Assembly (NCBI GenBank): GCA_034422315.1
Contig: DAOUJT010000176.1
Location: 3,075 to 67,074 of the forward strand
Direction: 5' to 3'
Source: Chloroflexota bacterium
GTDB lineage: Bacteria > Chloroflexota > UBA11872
DNA: 64,000 nt
Every line of letters begins with the position of its first letter. Position 1 is the stretch's first letter. The position numbers were made by a program, and so were the translations under genes. Under the pieces are notes generated by a model. That model did no database searches. It had not been told where the DNA came from and worked only from the letters and a program-made list of their open reading frames with translations. This document shows positions 19,545 to 28,377 of this stretch, in pieces.

Positions 19545-20387
19545 ATGTCACATGGCATCCACACGAACGGAACCACCACCAGCGTCCAGACGGACGCCGC
19601 GATCGACACCGACCGTGGCCCCGGGTCCGACACGGGCCACGATCTGTTCTGGGACAGCCTGCCCCCGGCCGTCATCACGGCGCTGGAACAGCCGCTGGAC
19701 CCCGGCCTGGTCTCGCAGCGCAAGGGCCGCGCCGGCAGGACCTACGACTACCTCGAGGGCCACGTGGTCATCGACCAAGCCAACCGCATCTTCGGCCACG
19801 GCGGCTGGGGCTACGAGTTGGCTGGCGACGTGACCCTGCGGCAGATCGAGCTCGTCGATCCCTCGACCGGCGAGGTAACGCGCACCCACGCGTACAGCGC
19901 CCCCGTGCGAGTCGCCGTCCCCGGCGCGCCGCCGCGCACCGACGTCGGCTTCCACGCGGTGGCCGACGAGACCGTCGACGGGCATGAGACCGCCTGCAAG
20001 GGCGCCGTCACCGACGGCCTCAAGCGCGCCCTCCGCAGCTTCGGCGACCGTTTTGGCAACGGCCTCTACGGCGCGTCGGCGACCGGCGCGGGACAACCCA
20101 CGCCGTCGGCGATCGGATCGCCGCGCCCTGCGGCTGTCCGCGCGCGAGACGGCGGGCCGGCGGGCCCTGTCCCGGTCAACGGCCGCGACGAATCCTCAAC
20201 GCGGACCCTGCGCGCGCGGCTGGTCGAGCTCGGCGTCGCGCAGGGCTTCGACGAGCCACAGGTGCGTGCCGCCGTGCAGCGCCGGACGGGCCGAGACCTC
20301 GACGACCTGCCGGCGTCCGAGTTGACGACGCTCGTGGAGGCCGCGGACCGGAAGCTCCAGCAGACGCGGCTTGCGCCGGCGGCCTGA
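19545..20387 (+). CDS. Rad52/Rad22-family single-strand annealing protein
   Basis: 'GRTYDYLEGHVVIDQANRIFGHGGWGYE...ETACKGAVTDGLKRALRSFGDRFGNGLY'. RBS AAGGAG. Confidence 0.75.
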   Translation: MSHGIHTNGTTTSVQTDAAIDTDRGPGSDTGHDLFWDSLPPAVITALEQPLDPGLVSQRKGRAGRTYDYLEGHVVIDQANRIFGHGGWGYELAGDVTLRQIELVDPSTGEVTRTHAYSAPVRVAVPGAPPRTDVGFHAVADETVDGHETACKGAVTDGLKRALRSFGDRFGNGLYGASATGAGQPTPSAIGSPRPAAVRARDGGPAGPVPVNGRDESSTRTLRARLVELGVAQGFDEPQVRAAVQRRTGRDLDDLPASELTTLVEAADRKLQQTRLAPAA

Positions 20388-20474
20388 GCCCAGGCCGTCC
20401 GACGCACCCGACATCAGTGCGGGGCCGACTCGTCGGAGTCGGCCCCGCGTCCTACTTAAGGAGGAGGACACGAC

Positions 20475-21626
20475 ATGACGATGCACACGTCCCCCGTGGC
20501 GACCACGGGGTCGGTACCCGACGCTGACGCGCGAGCGGACGTCTATGCCCGACCCGCGGCTCGCGTCGACGCGGACGGGACGCTGGAAGTCCGAGCGTCG
20601 GCGGTCGGCGCCTGCCGTCGCGCGCTCTGGTATGCGGCGACCGGCTATCAGCCGACCAACCCGCCGACTGACGCGGCGCTGACGGTCATGGAGACCGGGA
20701 ATGCCCTGGAGCCGGTGGTGCTGCGCGCGATGGCGCGGGCCGGCTGGACGGTCACCCCCGCCGACCCGTCCGATCCCCAGCCGGCGTCGATCCGGATCGA
20801 CCCGCACCTCGTGGTGACCGGTCACCCGGACGCCACGGGCCGGAGACCTCGGTCGCAGGACGCCACGGGGCCCGCGACCCGGACCCCGGCGTCGATGTTC
20901 CTGTTCGAGGACGACCCTCCGGCGCTCGGCGACGAGCTGATCGTGGAGGTCAAGACCCGGGGGCCGGAGGCCTTCAAGCGCTGGCGCACCCTGGGCGCGG
21001 AGCGCAGCCACCCGACGGCGGTGGCGCAGGCCGCGGTCTACACCCTCGGGACCTTCGGCCGCGTGCGCGACGCCGTGATCGCCACCATGGACACGGCCAG
21101 CCGCAGCTGGGATTACGAGGTCATCCCGGCCCGTCGGGTGGCGCAGGCCCTTGAGCGGGCGTGCGCCTGGCTGAATCCGCTGGGCACGCACTACGCGGTG
21201 CACGGGACCGATCCCGACGCGCTGCCGGCGCGGGACTTCGCCGCCGGGAGTTGGCAGTGTCGGAGTTGCCCCTTCCTGGCCAGGTGCCTGCCGGGTGCGG
21301 AGGCCGAGGCCACGGCGGACGCCGTGCCCGAGGTCGACGACGCGGCGGTGAGCGCCGCGGACGCCCAGGCGGCGGTGGCGGCGTACGCGGCGGCCCGGGA
21401 CGCCCTGAAAGACCCTGAGCGTGACAAGCGCGCGGCGCTCGACACGCTCAAGGCCTGGATGCGTCGGCAGGGGGCGGCCAAGACGACCATCGCCGGCCAC
21501 ACGGTCAGCCTGGTGCAGTCGAAACGCTACGCGGTGGACCACCGCAAGCTCAACGCGCTCCTCGATCCGGCGACCCGCGCCGAGATCGTCACCGAGCGCG
21601 CGTCGGAGTTCGTGCGGGTCAACTAG
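20475..21626 (+). CDS. PD-(D/E)xK exonuclease (YqaJ/Cas4-like) with a C-terminal cysteine cluster
   Basis: 'VVTGHPDATG', 'LIVEVKTRG', 'QAAVYTLG', 'WQCRSCPFLARC'. RBS AGGAGGAGG. Confidence 0.65.
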   Translation: MTMHTSPVATTGSVPDADARADVYARPAARVDADGTLEVRASAVGACRRALWYAATGYQPTNPPTDAALTVMETGNALEPVVLRAMARAGWTVTPADPSDPQPASIRIDPHLVVTGHPDATGRRPRSQDATGPATRTPASMFLFEDDPPALGDELIVEVKTRGPEAFKRWRTLGAERSHPTAVAQAAVYTLGTFGRVRDAVIATMDTASRSWDYEVIPARRVAQALERACAWLNPLGTHYAVHGTDPDALPARDFAAGSWQCRSCPFLARCLPGAEAEATADAVPEVDDAAVSAADAQAAVAAYAAARDALKDPERDKRAALDTLKAWMRRQGAAKTTIAGHTVSLVQSKRYAVDHRKLNALLDPATRAEIVTERASEFVRVN

Positions 21627-21740
21627 ACGCTCCCGTCACGGAGCGCAACCCGGGGCCGCGCCCGAGGAACGGGGCGGCCCCGCTGGTTTCACCATCGAGC
21701 GCGGCAGGACCGCGCGCCAGCACTCCCAAGGAGGAGCGCA

Positions 21741-22109
21741 ATGTCGAAGACCATCAACCGCGTCGAACTGCTGGGCCGGGTCGGCGCCGACCCGGAGATG
21801 CGCCACACCCAGAGCGGGACCGCCGTCGTCCAGCTGCGGCTGGCCACCGACCGCCGTCGCCAGAACGGCGAGACGACGGCCGACTGGCACCAGATCGTCG
21901 TCTGGGGCAAGCAGGCGGAAGCGGTCGCCCGGTACATCGGGAAAGGCGCCCGCATCTACGTGGCGGGGCGCCTCGTCCAGCACGCCTGGGAGGCCGACGA
22001 CGGCCAGCGCCGCCAGCGCACCGAGGTCCACGCCCAGGACGTCATCTTCCTGGACTCCCGCGGCAGCGGCACGCCGGCGCCGACCGACGGCGACGACCTG
22101 CCTTTCTAA
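21741..22109 (+). CDS. ssb: Single-stranded DNA-binding protein
   Basis: 'INRVELLGRVGADPEMRHTQSGTAVVQLRLAT...WHQIVVWGKQAE' is an OB fold, with an acidic tail 'DGDDLPF'. Confidence 0.9.
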   Translation: MSKTINRVELLGRVGADPEMRHTQSGTAVVQLRLATDRRRQNGETTADWHQIVVWGKQAEAVARYIGKGARIYVAGRLVQHAWEADDGQRRQRTEVHAQDVIFLDSRGSGTPAPTDGDDLPF

Positions 22110-22223
22110 GCGGTCAGGACCCACCCACCGCTCGTCGCCCGACCGGCGGGCGCACCACGGGGCCGCTCCCATCGCAGGGGGCGGCCCCGCTCGTGTTTCC
22201 ACCCCACAACGAAGGAGTTTGAC

Positions 22224-22736
22224 GTGACCCAGACGAAGCGACCCGCGCCGGATACGACGTTGCTGCATGCGCTGCGCAGCAACCTGTCCCTGCTGGGCGA
22301 ACTGGCCGTGCGCTACGAGATCGAGACGCAGCCGGAGCGGCCCGATGACGATCGGCCCGTCATCACCTGTCCCGAGGACGTGGGGCGGCTGCTGGCGCCG
22401 GAGATGGCGCCCCTGGCTCAAGAGCAGGTGCGCGTCCTCCTGCTGAGCACCAAGAACCACGTGGTCGGCCAACGGGTGATCTACCAGGGCACCATCTCGT
22501 CGTGCCAGGTCCGTGCGGCGGAGGTCCTGCGGCCGGCCGTGGTGGAGGCCGTGCCGAAGATCATCATCTGCCACAACCATCCCAGCACCGATCCGACGCC
22601 CAGCCCGGAGGACGTCGCGCTCACCAGGAAACTGGCGCAGGCGGCCCAGCTGCTGGACGTCGAGCTACTCGATCACGTGGTCATCGGCGGCGCCCAGACG
22701 GTCAGCCTCAAGGACCGCGGCCTCATGGCCGCCTGA
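22224..22736 (+). CDS. RadC-like JAB/MPN domain protein
   Basis: JAMM motif 'IIICHNHPSTDPTPSPEDVALT'. GTG start with GAAGGAG upstream. Confidence 0.8.
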   Translation: MTQTKRPAPDTTLLHALRSNLSLLGELAVRYEIETQPERPDDDRPVITCPEDVGRLLAPEMAPLAQEQVRVLLLSTKNHVVGQRVIYQGTISSCQVRAAEVLRPAVVEAVPKIIICHNHPSTDPTPSPEDVALTRKLAQAAQLLDVELLDHVVIGGAQTVSLKDRGLMAA

Positions 22737-22866
22737 CGCCGGCCCGAGACCCACGCCGCGAGCCCAACCGCGCGCTCGCCCATCCACCCAACCCCGCCCT
22801 CGGGGCCTCACGCGGCGGAACCGCTCCGCCGCCCCGTACTCATCCCCCTGATGAAGGAGACCTCTC

Positions 22867-23586
22867 ATGCTGCCGACGCACGCCCTGTCCGGGGACAGTC
22901 ACCCCCTCGGACCCCAGGACCCCGGATCGAGGCCGGGGCCGACGCTGTACACCATCAACGCCGCGGGCTTCTCGGCTACGGCCGACGCCTTCGCCCGCGA
23001 CCCCGACGCCGAGAGCCTCTGGTTCCTCTCCATGGTCGGCTCCCAGACCGCCCTCAAGGCCATCTGGGCCTCCCTGCTCAAGCAGCCGCCCGAGGCGGCG
23101 CACCTGATCCAAGGCGCCGACGGCATGGCGCTGTCGGGCCGTTACCAGCGCTGCGGCATCCCTCACGAGACGATCGGCACCTGGACCACCAGGATCGCCC
23201 GCCTCCCGGTCACCGGCGGCTGGCACGCCCTGGTCTACACCAAGCTGGCCGAGTACGGCTTCGAGCGTGAGGCGTTTCTGCTCCTGGCCCCCAGCGCGGA
23301 CGCCGCCCCGGCGCTCCACCACCGCTTCCTCGACAAGCGGAGCCCGCTGCCGCTGCACCGCGCCTGGGCGCCCTGGCTGTGGCGGCGGGGCCTGGACACC
23401 GGCGAGGTCATCCCGCTCCAGGCGGCGGGCGTCGTCGCCTACCGCTGCCACCCCGACGGGGAGCGGCTGCGGGACGACCTCTCCGCGGCCGTGGCCGCAG
23501 GGCGGCTGACCCTGCCTCGGGACGACGGGACGGAGCCGCCCGCAACGGATCGGACACCGACGCACCTGAAAGGAGACCTGGCATGA
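22867..23586 (+). CDS. Hypothetical protein
   Basis: RBS GAAGGAG. The stop overlaps the next ATG (ATGA at 23583-23586). No motif recognised. Confidence 0.5.
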   Translation: MLPTHALSGDSHPLGPQDPGSRPGPTLYTINAAGFSATADAFARDPDAESLWFLSMVGSQTALKAIWASLLKQPPEAAHLIQGADGMALSGRYQRCGIPHETIGTWTTRIARLPVTGGWHALVYTKLAEYGFEREAFLLLAPSADAAPALHHRFLDKRSPLPLHRAWAPWLWRRGLDTGEVIPLQAAGVVAYRCHPDGERLRDDLSAAVAAGRLTLPRDDGTEPPATDRTPTHLKGDLA

Positions 23587-24620
23587 GACTGGCCGCCCAG
23601 GCGAAAGGGGGCTTCTACCCCACGCCGCCCCGAGTCGTCGACCTGCTCGCGGAGCTGGTGCACGCGCCCTCCGGCGCCTACGCCCGGAACCGGGAGACGC
23701 TGCGCATCCTCGACCACTGCTGCGGGGCCGGGGAGGCCGCGGCGCAGCTGGCTGACAACCTGCGTCGCCGGGGAACCCTCCCCGTCGAGGCCTATGGTGT
23801 GGAATTGCACCGGGACCGGGCGAGCGAGGCGCAGGAACGGATCGACCGCGTCCTCGCCGCCGACCTGTTCCAGACCTCCATCGCCAACCGAGCCTTCGGA
23901 CTGCTGTACCTCAATCCGCCTTACGATCACGATGCCGAACGGAAGCGGACGGAGCACAGCTTCCTGGTCCACGCGACCCGCTACCTGGCGGACGGGGGCC
24001 TCCTGGTCTTCATCGTCCCCCGCCAGCGGCTGACGGTCTCGGCCCGCTATCTGGCCTCGCACTACGGGCGGCTGCAATGCTGGGCCTTCCCCGACCCCGA
24101 GCGCGCGGTCTTCGACCAGGTGGTGCTGATGGGCGCCCGCAAAGCGGAGCCGACCGCCGATGCCTACGCCGCGGATCGCATCAGGGCGTGGGCCGAGGGC
24201 GCGCCGGAACCGCTGGGACTCTCCCCCTATCCGGTGGTCAGCCCGCCGACCACGCCCGCCGGGGACATCCTCTTCACCACCCGTCGCGTCGATCCGCTGG
24301 CGGCGGCGGCCGAGGCCCGTCGATCGGGACTCTGGACCAGCCCGCAGATCACGGACGCGCTCTGGCCCACCGGGGACCACAGGACCCGTCCCCTGATGCC
24401 GCTGCGCCGGGGTCACCTGGCCATGCTGGTCGCGGCGGGCTTCCTGGACAATCTCTGTCTGGAGGCCGACGGCCGACGCGTTTTGGTCAAGGGCCGGACC
24501 TCCAAGGCGATGGTCCTGGTGGAGACCACCGCGGACAAGGAGATCTACCGCGAGCGGCTGTCGACCACCGTCGTCGCCCTCGACCTGGACGACGGCCGGA
24601 TCACCGACATCACCGCCTAG
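23583..24620 (+). CDS. SAM-dependent DNA methyltransferase (N6-adenine/N4-cytosine class)
   Basis: Internal ATG of track ORF 23379..24620. Motif I-like 'ILDHCCGAGE', motif IV 'LYLNPPYD'. Confidence 0.7.
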   Translation: MRLAAQAKGGFYPTPPRVVDLLAELVHAPSGAYARNRETLRILDHCCGAGEAAAQLADNLRRRGTLPVEAYGVELHRDRASEAQERIDRVLAADLFQTSIANRAFGLLYLNPPYDHDAERKRTEHSFLVHATRYLADGGLLVFIVPRQRLTVSARYLASHYGRLQCWAFPDPERAVFDQVVLMGARKAEPTADAYAADRIRAWAEGAPEPLGLSPYPVVSPPTTPAGDILFTTRRVDPLAAAAEARRSGLWTSPQITDALWPTGDHRTRPLMPLRRGHLAMLVAAGFLDNLCLEADGRRVLVKGRTSKAMVLVETTADKEIYRERLSTTVVALDLDDGRITDITA

Positions 24621-24734
24621 ACGGCGCCCCCCGGCGTCGCGTCACGAGGCCCCGTCGGCCCTCACGGGAACCGACGGGGCCTCGCGACGTTTGGAAGGAA
24701 CCACACCACCCCTTCAAGAAAGGAAGGTCGAACG

Positions 24735-24941
24735 ATGCAGCTGACCATGACGCCGCAGGCCTGCTGTCGGTGCGGGCGGCCCATCCGCCCCGGCGAACCC
24801 GTCAGGCAGACCGCCTCGGTGGACATCATCGGTGGACGGGCCGTCGCCTCCCCGGTGAGGGTCTCCCACCTCGCGGGCCGCTGCGCCGACGACGCCAGCG
24901 CCGCCAACGCGGCCCGCCGGCAGGAGCCGAAGGCCGCGTAG
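24735..24941 (+). CDS. Small cysteine-containing protein
   Basis: RBS AAGGAAGG. 'ACCRCGRPIRPGE' is a possible zinc-knuckle half-site. Confidence 0.4.
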   Translation: MQLTMTPQACCRCGRPIRPGEPVRQTASVDIIGGRAVASPVRVSHLAGRCADDASAANAARRQEPKAA

Positions 24942-25120
24942 ACGGCGGCTACGCACCGCCGCGTCCACAAGGCCCCGCCACCGGCGGGCCTTGCCCATTC
25001 AACCACCGCCTGGGGACGTGTCCAGGGAACCCGCCGCGCCGAAACGTCCCCACCGGGGGCGTGGCGCGTCCCGGGTCCCGGCATCGTCCTCCGGCCCCAT
25101 CGCACGGAAGGAGACTCGAC

Positions 25121-27496
25121 ATGAACCTCGGAGCGTTCATCGACACGTACAAGGACGCCATCGCCCAGCGGGTGGTGGAGTCCTACCCGCCTCTGTACCG
25201 GCCGTCCGAGATCGGCCACGACCTCCCCCGCCTGCTCCGCTCGCCCCTGGGGGCGCAGGTGGACGCCATCCGCGGCGCGGCCCTCTCGCTGCGGGCGCAC
25301 CGCGGCACCACCATCGTCGGCGAGATGGGGACCGGCAAGTCCTTCATCGCCGCCGCAGCCGCCCACGCGGCGGACTTCCACCGGGTGTTGGTCCTGTGCC
25401 CGCCGCACCTGACCCGCAAGTGGAAGCGCGAGGTGGAGGCGACGGTGCCCGGCGCCCAGACCGCCATCGTCGCCTCCATCACCGACCTGGAACGCCTGCG
25501 CCGCTGGAGCGGCGCCGGTCCCTGCTTCGCCGTGATGTCCCGCGAGCGTGCCAAGCTCTCCTACCGCTGGCAGCCCGCCGTCGTCGAGCGCTGGGCCGCC
25601 GCCAACGGCCGGCTGGTGCGGGACGAGGAAACCGGGGCGCCGTTCCGCGTCCCCTGTTGCCCGTCCTGCGCCAGCCAGATCGTGGACAAGGATGGCGTGC
25701 CGCTGACGGCGCGGGCGCTGGCTCGCCGCAAGCACCGCTGCCAGCACTGCGACGCGCCCCTCTGGCAGGCCGACGCCGCCGGCCCCAAGCGCTACCCGCT
25801 CGCCGACTACGTGAAGCACCGGATGAAGGGCTACTTCGACCTGCTCATCGGCGACGAGGTGCATGAGTACAAGGGCCGCGGCTCCGCGCAGGGCATCGCC
25901 GCCGGCATCCTCGCCGACGCCTGCGGCACCTCCCTCAGCCTGTCCGGCACCCTGATGGGCGGCTACGCCTCCACGCTCTTCCATCTGCTCTATCGGTTCA
26001 GCCCGGAGATCAGGTCGGAGTTTGGGCGCTCGGAGGAGTCGCGCTGGATCGAACGCTACGGCTTCGTCGAGCACACCGTCGGCCGGCCCGATGACACCGC
26101 GCTGGAGGACGGGCGCTCAAGCCGCCGCCGGCGTTACCGCAAGGTGATCCGGGAGCGACCGGGGCTGGCGCCTGCGGCGCTCTTCCATCTCATCGGCCAC
26201 AGCGTGTTCCTCCGACTCGCCGACGTAGCCTCCGGGCTGCCGCCCTACGACGAGCAGGTGCGGCTGGCCTCGATGGACCGCGACCCCGACGCCACGGGCT
26301 TTTCCCAGCGGACGGCGTACGTCCACGTCTTCGAGGAGCTGCGCGCCGCCCTCGCCGACGCGCTCTCGACGGGTTCCAAGCGCCTGCTGGCCACCTACTT
26401 GCAGACGCTGCTGGCCTATCCCGACGGCTGTACGCGCGGCGAGACGGTGTTCGATCCCAGCACCGGCGACATCCTCGTGCAGGTCCCGCCACTGGCGGAG
26501 GACCGCCTCTACCCCAAGGAGCAGGCCCTGATGGACCTGGTGGCCGGTGAGCGGATGGCGGGCCGCCGGGTGCTGGTCTACGCCACGCACACCGGGACGC
26601 GGGACATCACCGAACGGATGGACGACATTCTGACCCGGCACGGGTTCCGGGTCGCGGTGATGAAGGCCGCCGCCGTGCCCCCGGACCGCCGCGAGGCGTG
26701 GGTGGCGCGGAAGGTCAACGAGGGTGTTGACGTGCTGATCTGCCACCCCCGGCTGGTGCAGACCGGCCTCGATCTGGTGGACTTCCCCACCATCTGCTGG
26801 TACGAGACCGACTACTCGGTCTACACCATGCGTCAGGCCTCGCGCCGCTCCTGGCGCATCGGCCAGACGCGCCCCGTCAAGGTCGTCTTCATGGCCTACC
26901 GGAACACCCTCCAGGCCGACGCGCTGAAGCTGGTGGCCAAGAAGCTGCAAAGCTCCCTGGCCGTCGAGGGGGAGTTGCCCGAGGACGGCCTGGCCGCCTA
27001 CGGCGACGACGGCGACGACCTGATGATGGCGCTGGCTCGTCAGATCGTGAATGGGCAGCAGGAGGCCGACGCCGAAACGGTGGAGGCGGTGTTTGCGCAC
27101 GCGCGGGACGCCGCCGCCAGCGCCGAGGAGTTGCTGGTGGACGATGGCTGGCAGGCGGTCGAGGTCGAGCCGGAGGCCGTCTCGGTCAACGGCAACGGAG
27201 CGACCGGCAACGGCCATCACGAAGCCATCGGCCTCGGACCGAGCGTCGAGCTGGTCCCGCACACCGGCCACGCCAACGGGAACGGCCACGCGCCTGTCCC
27301 GGTCAACGGCAACGGGGCCGACGGCAACGAGGACGAGGCCGACGAGGGGCAGCCGTCGCTGTTCTCCTGGGCGGAGTTCATGGCTGAGCCGCCGGCGAAA
27401 CCCACGGGCCGCCGCCGCAAGGCTCAGGCCCCAGCGCGGTCCCTGTTCGAGTGGGCGTTGGAACAGGAGCGGGCGCCGGTCGGCGCGGGACGCTAG
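25121..27496 (+). CDS. SNF2/DEAD-like superfamily-2 helicase with inserted Cys4 zinc ribbon
   Basis: ATG at 25121 with GGAAGGAG upstream; the track ORF 24077..27496 is over-extended. 'GEMGTGKS', 'LLIGDEVHEY', 'CCPSC...CQHC', motif VI 'QASRRSWRIGQ'. The C-terminal tail is low-complexity NG-rich. Confidence 0.8.
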   Translation: MNLGAFIDTYKDAIAQRVVESYPPLYRPSEIGHDLPRLLRSPLGAQVDAIRGAALSLRAHRGTTIVGEMGTGKSFIAAAAAHAADFHRVLVLCPPHLTRKWKREVEATVPGAQTAIVASITDLERLRRWSGAGPCFAVMSRERAKLSYRWQPAVVERWAAANGRLVRDEETGAPFRVPCCPSCASQIVDKDGVPLTARALARRKHRCQHCDAPLWQADAAGPKRYPLADYVKHRMKGYFDLLIGDEVHEYKGRGSAQGIAAGILADACGTSLSLSGTLMGGYASTLFHLLYRFSPEIRSEFGRSEESRWIERYGFVEHTVGRPDDTALEDGRSSRRRRYRKVIRERPGLAPAALFHLIGHSVFLRLADVASGLPPYDEQVRLASMDRDPDATGFSQRTAYVHVFEELRAALADALSTGSKRLLATYLQTLLAYPDGCTRGETVFDPSTGDILVQVPPLAEDRLYPKEQALMDLVAGERMAGRRVLVYATHTGTRDITERMDDILTRHGFRVAVMKAAAVPPDRREAWVARKVNEGVDVLICHPRLVQTGLDLVDFPTICWYETDYSVYTMRQASRRSWRIGQTRPVKVVFMAYRNTLQADALKLVAKKLQSSLAVEGELPEDGLAAYGDDGDDLMMALARQIVNGQQEADAETVEAVFAHARDAAASAEELLVDDGWQAVEVEPEAVSVNGNGATGNGHHEAIGLGPSVELVPHTGHANGNGHAPVPVNGNGADGNEDEADEGQPSLFSWAEFMAEPPAKPTGRRRKAQAPARSLFEWALEQERAPVGAGR

Positions 27497-27507
27497 ATCG
27501 AAAACTC

Positions 27508-27540
27508 GGGAGAGGACACCTAATCCAGGTGTCCTCTCCC
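27508..27540 (+). terminator. 14-bp perfect hairpin after the helicase gene
   Basis: GGGAGAGGACACCT-aatcc-AGGTGTCCTCTCCC, 12 nt after the stop. A T6 run follows about 20 nt later. Confidence 0.6.
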
Positions 27541-27693
27541 GCACGCCCATGTATGCGGCTTTTTTGCGTTTCAGGCAATACGGCTCCCGTGCGGCCATGC
27601 TTGGGTCATGTGTGCGGGGGATTTTCGTTGCCGCAAGACTCCGCGAAAGGGTAAAACGATATGTGTAGGGGAACGCACTGAAAGGGACCAGCG

Positions 27694-27984
27694 ATGACGA
27701 CCGCAGATACCCCGGCGCGACAGCGCAGGCCCCGCGAAGAGGCGGCAAGCCTCGGCAGAGAGATATACGAGCGAGACATCCTGCCGCAGGTCGAAGCCGG
27801 CCATCATGGTGACTACGTCGCCATCGATGTTGAGACCGGGGATTGGGCAATAGCCGACAGTGAGGGTGGCGTGGTGGATCGTCTGAGAGCGCAGCGCCCC
27901 AGTGCCGTCGATGTCTTGGTCGAGCGAGTCGGATACCGGGCGATTCGCAGCTTCGGGGCCGGGTCCCTGCGGAGGAGGGAATGA
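27694..27984 (+). CDS. Small hypothetical protein paired with a retropepsin-like protease
   Basis: 96 aa. It overlaps the next gene by 4 nt (ATGA). Confidence 0.5.
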   Translation: MTTADTPARQRRPREEAASLGREIYERDILPQVEAGHHGDYVAIDVETGDWAIADSEGGVVDRLRAQRPSAVDVLVERVGYRAIRSFGAGSLRRRE

Positions 27985-28352
27985 TCGAAGGGACCGTGAA
28001 TGCTGCCTATGAAGCGGTGGTGACCCTTCCCTTGCAGGGCCCAGATGGAATGACGCGGGACATCCAGGCCGTTATCGACACTGGCTACACCGGCACCTTG
28101 ACGTTGCCGACCGCCGTGGTTGCTGACTTGGGGTTGTCGTTTTCGCACATGGGCTGGGCGTTTCTGGCGAACGACGACGTTGTGAGCTTCGATGTCCACG
28201 AAGTGATCGTGCTCTGGGACGGCCAGCCGAGACATATCAAGGCCGACGCGACCGGCAGCACCCCACTGGTGGGGATGTCCCTGCTCGACGGGCATGACGT
28301 GAGCATCCGGGTGCGTAACGGCGGGCGTGTCCTGATACAGGCTGCGGCATAG
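27981..28352 (+). CDS. Retropepsin-like (clan AA) aspartic protease
   Basis: Catalytic 'VIDTGYTGTLTLP' (DTG), 123 aa, single-lobe size. Confidence 0.7.
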   Translation: MIEGTVNAAYEAVVTLPLQGPDGMTRDIQAVIDTGYTGTLTLPTAVVADLGLSFSHMGWAFLANDDVVSFDVHEVIVLWDGQPRHIKADATGSTPLVGMSLLDGHDVSIRVRNGGRVLIQAAA

Positions 28353-28377
28353 CAATGCTAATCGCACGGCGGATCGG

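Noticed and set aside
24077-25120. 348-codon N-terminal extension of the SNF2 helicase ORF
   Set aside because: The extension overlaps the methyltransferase and the small Cys-protein genes and is low-complexity. A strong RBS (GGAAGGAG) precedes the ATG at 25121, where helicase-like sequence begins.
5296-27540. Prophage interpretation of the Rad52/exonuclease/SSB/primase genes
   Set aside because: There are no capsid, portal, terminase, tail or lysis genes. The neighbouring genes are T4SS components, so a conjugative element is the better explanation.
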